A DNA stretch of 64,000 nt, taken from the NCBI GenBank assembly GCA_963663225.1, contig OY760142.1:2304001-2368000 (forward strand), given 5' to 3'. The notes beneath the pieces were generated by a model, which was not told the origin of the DNA, did no database searches, and saw nothing but the letters and a program-made list of their open reading frames with translations. Numbering within the stretch: the first letter of the stretch is position 1; every line of letters begins with the position of its first letter. The translations under genes and the position numbers were made by a program. Below, piece after piece: positions 60,520 through 64,000 of the stretch. This DNA comes from Nitrospirota bacterium (lineage in GTDB: Bacteria > Nitrospirota > UBA9217).

Positions 60520-61739
60520 ATTGCAGATTTTGCAGGAAAGAAAATATTTTCAAGTTTCTTGAGCTTGGAACCATCGCCTTGGCAAACAGCTTTCTTACTG
60601 ATCAGGAATTAGCGTCTGGAGGAGAGCCCACCTATCCCTTGGATGTACATTTTTGCGAACAATGCGGTTTGGTGCAAATCGGCCATGTAGTGGCGCCCGA
60701 TGCGCTTTTTAAAGAGTATATATATTTTTCCGCCACGTCGGATCTGGTTCATAAACATGCCGACTACCTAGCGAAAAGTTTTCAGAGGCGTTTTGGTCTT
60801 ACGGGCGATTCTCGAGTTATTGAGATTGCCAGCAATGACGGAACTGTGTTGCGGTATTTCAAAAAAACCGGTGTCAAGACTCTTGGCGTAGAGCCTGCCA
60901 AGAACATCGCAGCGGTGGCTGAAAAATCGGGCATCGAAACAGTCAATGATTTCTTCAACGAGACAACATCGTGTCAGATAAAAAATAAGTATGGTCCGGC
61001 CGATGTTATCCTCGCCCGCCATGTGTTTGCTCATGTTCCGGAAATTCATGGATTTGTGAAAGGCCTAAAAAATCTTTTAGATGACCATGGCGTGATTGCA
61101 ATCGAAGCTCCTTATCTTATTGACTTTATCGAAAAGACAGAATTTGACACGGTTTATCACGAACACTATTCATACCTGTCAATGCGTGCCATGTCCTACC
61201 TGTTCAATCTTTATGGGATGGAAATTTTTGACGCCGAAAGAGTAACCATCCACGGGGGATCTCTTATTTATTTTATCGGGAACAAAGGAAAGCATGAAGT
61301 CGCCTCGAACGCACCAAAATTGATACAGTCAGAGTTTGAAAAGAAGCTTGATCAAAGGGAAACTTATATCAATTTTGCAAAACGGACATCAAGGATTAAA
61401 ACAGACTTGATTGACCTGTTAAAAAAGATCAAAGCATCGGGAAAAAGAATCGCCGCCTACGGAGCGCCGGCCAAGGGAAATACCTTGCTCAATTATTGCG
61501 GCATTACGCGGAATCTTGTTGAATACACTGTTGATAAAAGCCCTTACAAGCAGAATCTTTTTACACCGGGCGCTCATCTGCGGGTATTTCATCCGGATAA
61601 ACTTGTTCAGGACATGCCGGATTTTGTATTATTACTAGCATGGAATTTTGCTGAAGAAATTTTTGAACAGCAGAAAGAATACCGCTCAAAGGGTGGCAAA
61701 TTTATTCTGCCCATTCCCGATGTCAGGATTGTGTCATGA
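60516..61739 (+). CDS. NDP-hexose C-methyltransferase
   Basis: Zn-finger CRFC...[35 protein letters not shown] and LLAWNF. Confidence 0.9.
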   Translation: MNCRFCRKENIFKFLELGTIALANSFLTDQELASGGEPTYPLDVHFCEQCGLVQIGHVVAPDALFKEYIYFSATSDLVHKHADYLAKSFQRRFGLTGDSRVIEIASNDGTVLRYFKKTGVKTLGVEPAKNIAAVAEKSGIETVNDFFNETTSCQIKNKYGPADVILARHVFAHVPEIHGFVKGLKNLLDDHGVIAIEAPYLIDFIEKTEFDTVYHEHYSYLSMRAMSYLFNLYGMEIFDAERVTIHGGSLIYFIGNKGKHEVASNAPKLIQSEFEKKLDQRETYINFAKRTSRIKTDLIDLLKKIKASGKRIAAYGAPAKGNTLLNYCGITRNLVEYTVDKSPYKQNLFTPGAHLRVFHPDKLVQDMPDFVLLLAWNFAEEIFEQQKEYRSKGGKFILPIPDVRIVS

Positions 61740-62275
61740 TTTTCACAGAGACAATCCTGAACGGTTCTTATCTTATCGATATGGAGCCTGTTGAAGACGA
61801 AAGAGGTTTTTTCTCACGAAGTTTTTGCCGGAAAGAATTTTCTTCCCACGGGCTGAAAACGAATATTGCGCAATGCAATGTCTCTTTTAACAAAAAAAAG
61901 AGTACCTTGCGCGGCATGCACTTTCAAATACCGCCGAAAGCAGAGGCAAAACTTGTACGCTGTACCCGTGGTGCGATATATGATGTTATCATTGATCTGC
62001 GACCTCAATCAGTAACATACTGCAAATGGGCGGCATTTGATTTGACGGCACAAAATTGCAAGGCACTTTACATACCGGAAGGATTTGCCCACGGTTTTCA
62101 AACGGCGGAAGACAATTCTGAAGTTTTTTACCAGATGTTTGAGACCTATGCCCCGGATTATGCTGCGGGCGTAAGATGGGATGATCCGGCTTTCGGTATC
62201 ACTTGGCCACTTAACAACCCTATTATGTCTGAAAAAGACCTGAGATATCCTCTTTTTTCAAAGACCTCAATATGA
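61736..62275 (+). CDS. rfbC: NDP-4-keto-6-deoxyhexose 3,5-epimerase (RmlC family)
   Basis: DERGFF, LRGMHFQ and IPEGFAHGF. Confidence 0.93.
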   Translation: MIFTETILNGSYLIDMEPVEDERGFFSRSFCRKEFSSHGLKTNIAQCNVSFNKKKSTLRGMHFQIPPKAEAKLVRCTRGAIYDVIIDLRPQSVTYCKWAAFDLTAQNCKALYIPEGFAHGFQTAEDNSEVFYQMFETYAPDYAAGVRWDDPAFGITWPLNNPIMSEKDLRYPLFSKTSI

Positions 62276-63132
62276 AGATTCTTCTTATTGGTAAGACCGG
62301 ACAGCTTGGCGGTGATATACTGAAAAATGGTACAAGCCATGAAATTCATGCACCTGAACGGTCCATGCTGAATATTGAATCGAAAGATGAAATTGAGAAA
62401 GCAGTAAAGACATATAAACCCTCAGTGGTAATAAACACTGCGGCATTTCATAATGTTCCGCTCTGTGAAACTGAGTATGAAAAAGCTTTTCGCGTAAACT
62501 GCATTGCTGTCAGGGATATTGCACTTGTCTGCAAAAAAATGAGCGCTCGATTCGTAACTTTCAGTTCGGATTATGTCTTTGGTGGCGAAAAACGATTTCC
62601 TTATCAAGAAACAGACCAGCCCGCCCCCTTGCAAGTGTATGGTATTTCACGAGTTGCAGGGGAGTATGCCGCACTTGCGGCAGCGCATGATATCACCACT
62701 ATTATCAGAACCTGTGGACTCTACGGCATATCCGGGGCGCGTTCCAAGGGAGGTAATTTTGTCGATAAACGAATTCAGGAGGCAAGGGGGCAATCATCTC
62801 TCGAAATGGGATGTGAACAAATAGTTTGCCCAACGTATACGGATGATCTCAGCAGGGCTGTATTGCGCCTAATCGAGCATCCTCGGGCCCAGTCTGGAAT
62901 TTATCATCTTGTTAATGAAGGAGAATGCAGTTGGCATGAATTTACTAAAACTATTTACGAGATCATGAATATTCGTGTCGAGGTCAAGCCGGTTGACAGA
63001 CAGGGAATGAGCGGGACGATGAGACGGCCTCTTTACTCTGTTTTGAAAAATACAAATGCCAGAGCCTTGGGAATAACGCTCCCGTCCTGGCGTGATGCGC
63101 TGGTGAGATATTTAAAAGAAAAACACAAGTAA
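62272..63132 (+). CDS. rfbD: NDP-4-ketohexose reductase (RmlD family)
   Basis: GKTGQLG, SSDYVFGG, P..VYG and RPLYSVL. Confidence 0.9.
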   Translation: MKILLIGKTGQLGGDILKNGTSHEIHAPERSMLNIESKDEIEKAVKTYKPSVVINTAAFHNVPLCETEYEKAFRVNCIAVRDIALVCKKMSARFVTFSSDYVFGGEKRFPYQETDQPAPLQVYGISRVAGEYAALAAAHDITTIIRTCGLYGISGARSKGGNFVDKRIQEARGQSSLEMGCEQIVCPTYTDDLSRAVLRLIEHPRAQSGIYHLVNEGECSWHEFTKTIYEIMNIRVEVKPVDRQGMSGTMRRPLYSVLKNTNARALGITLPSWRDALVRYLKEKHK

Positions 63133-63309
63133 CCGGTATTTTCAAATTGATAGCCGGTAGTGATTTTCAAACCGCCATCAAACGCGGCTTCTAAAATTAT
63201 TTTTGCGCTACCTCTTTTGCAGACAATTAAAGATATTCTATTATCAAAGGACATCAGTTCCAGCCCTGCACGTTGACACTATTCAAGGAATACCTCGGAA
63301 AGGATTGTT

Positions 63310-64000
63310 ATGGAAGTTTTCTGCCCGCTCTGCCAAAAAGAGTCCCAACTCTATTTACGCACTATGGACTACAATAGAAAAATATCTCAGGAACAATTTA
63401 ATTACAATTTCTGTCCATCCTGCAGGCTGATTTTCCTATCACCGATTCCAGAGGAATTGGGCAGGTATTATACTGCTGAGTATTATCCAGTGCCTCGATC
63501 ATACGAACAACTGGAAAAAGAGGCAGAACAGGACCGGTACAAAATTAAGATTATCCAGCAGTTTGTTTCTAAAGGCAGATTACTTGAAATAGGTCCTTCT
63601 TATGGCAAGTTTGCATTGCTGGCTAAACAGGCCGGTTTTGAGGTAGAAGTATTAGAACGTGACAAAAGCTGCTGCAATTTTTTGCAGGATGTCGTCGGAA
63701 TAAAGGCGATAAATAGCGATAATCCTGCGGAGAGTCTTCGTAATGCCAAGCCCTATGATGTGATTGTATTGTGGCATGTCCTCGAACATCTGCCAAATCC
63801 ATGGAAAACGCTTGAAACGCTTGCGGGCAAATTGCTGCCGGGGAGTATTTTGGTCATCGCAACACCAAATCCCGACGCAATACAGTTTAAGACTCTTGGA
63901 CGTTTCTGGACGCATATAGACGCGCCCCGTCATCTTTCATTGGTTCCTCTATCCCTTCTCCGGGAGAAGGCTCAATTTCTAAGCCTCAAGATCATATTAT
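63310..64000 (+). CDS. Class I SAM methyltransferase, truncated by the window end (absent from the ORF track)
   Basis: MEVFCPLC...FCPSC; RLLEIGPSYG; YDVIVLWHVLEHLPNP; frame open to the end of the window. Confidence 0.85.
   Translation, partial: MEVFCPLCQKESQLYLRTMDYNRKISQEQFNYNFCPSCRLIFLSPIPEELGRYYTAEYYPVPRSYEQLEKEAEQDRYKIKIIQQFVSKGRLLEIGPSYGKFALLAKQAGFEVEVLERDKSCCNFLQDVVGIKAINSDNPAESLRNAKPYDVIVLWHVLEHLPNPWKTLETLAGKLLPGSILVIATPNPDAIQFKTLGRFWTHIDAPRHLSLVPLSLLREKAQFLSLKIIL

Noticed and set aside
1-64000. CRISPR arrays, tRNA, rRNA, prophage or intact transposase genes; additional UGA-recoded genes
   Set aside because: No repeat-spacer periodicity or RNA-gene signatures seen; the other TGA-ending genes checked (pflA, copZ, the glutaredoxin, DUF4405) appear complete at the stop

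Overview
A gene-dense 64-kb chromosomal window from a Gram-negative anaerobe or microaerophile. The gene content suggests a Nitrospirota- or Desulfobacterota-like lineage (inference only). The left half (1-38 kb) is a mixed region. It carries a cupin, a TAXI protein, a glutaredoxin, an Fe-S nitroreductase, UPF0182, RraA, a pseudo-receiver/PilZ protein and Tim44. It also has an AT-rich islet with a likely orphan integron gene cassette (attC-like site), a PagL-like gene with an OmpR/BaeS-type two-component system and its periplasmic targets, and pflB-pflA under a ZMP/ZTP riboswitch. Further on are an M16 protease, nth, a glucosylglycerate-type osmolyte operon, copZ and fabF. The right half (38.8-64 kb) is an envelope cluster: hemW, bamA-skp-lpxD-fabZ-lpxA-lpxI-gnnA-gnnB-lpxB-msbA-waaA-lpxK-gmhB-waaF, glycosyltransferases and a CDP-sugar/C-methyltransferase pathway. 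Four signals are not in the ORF track. (1) A HesB/IscA-like selenoprotein gene with an in-frame UGA and a SECIS-like hairpin (36431-36721). (2) A promoter-aptamer-terminator leader, a candidate ion- or osmolarity-sensing riboswitch, ahead of the osmolyte operon (30500-30646). (3) A ZTP riboswitch (17934-18049). (4) An attC-like cassette boundary (10789-11313). No rRNA, tRNA or CRISPR array was seen. All family calls come from motif recognition by eye, not database searches.
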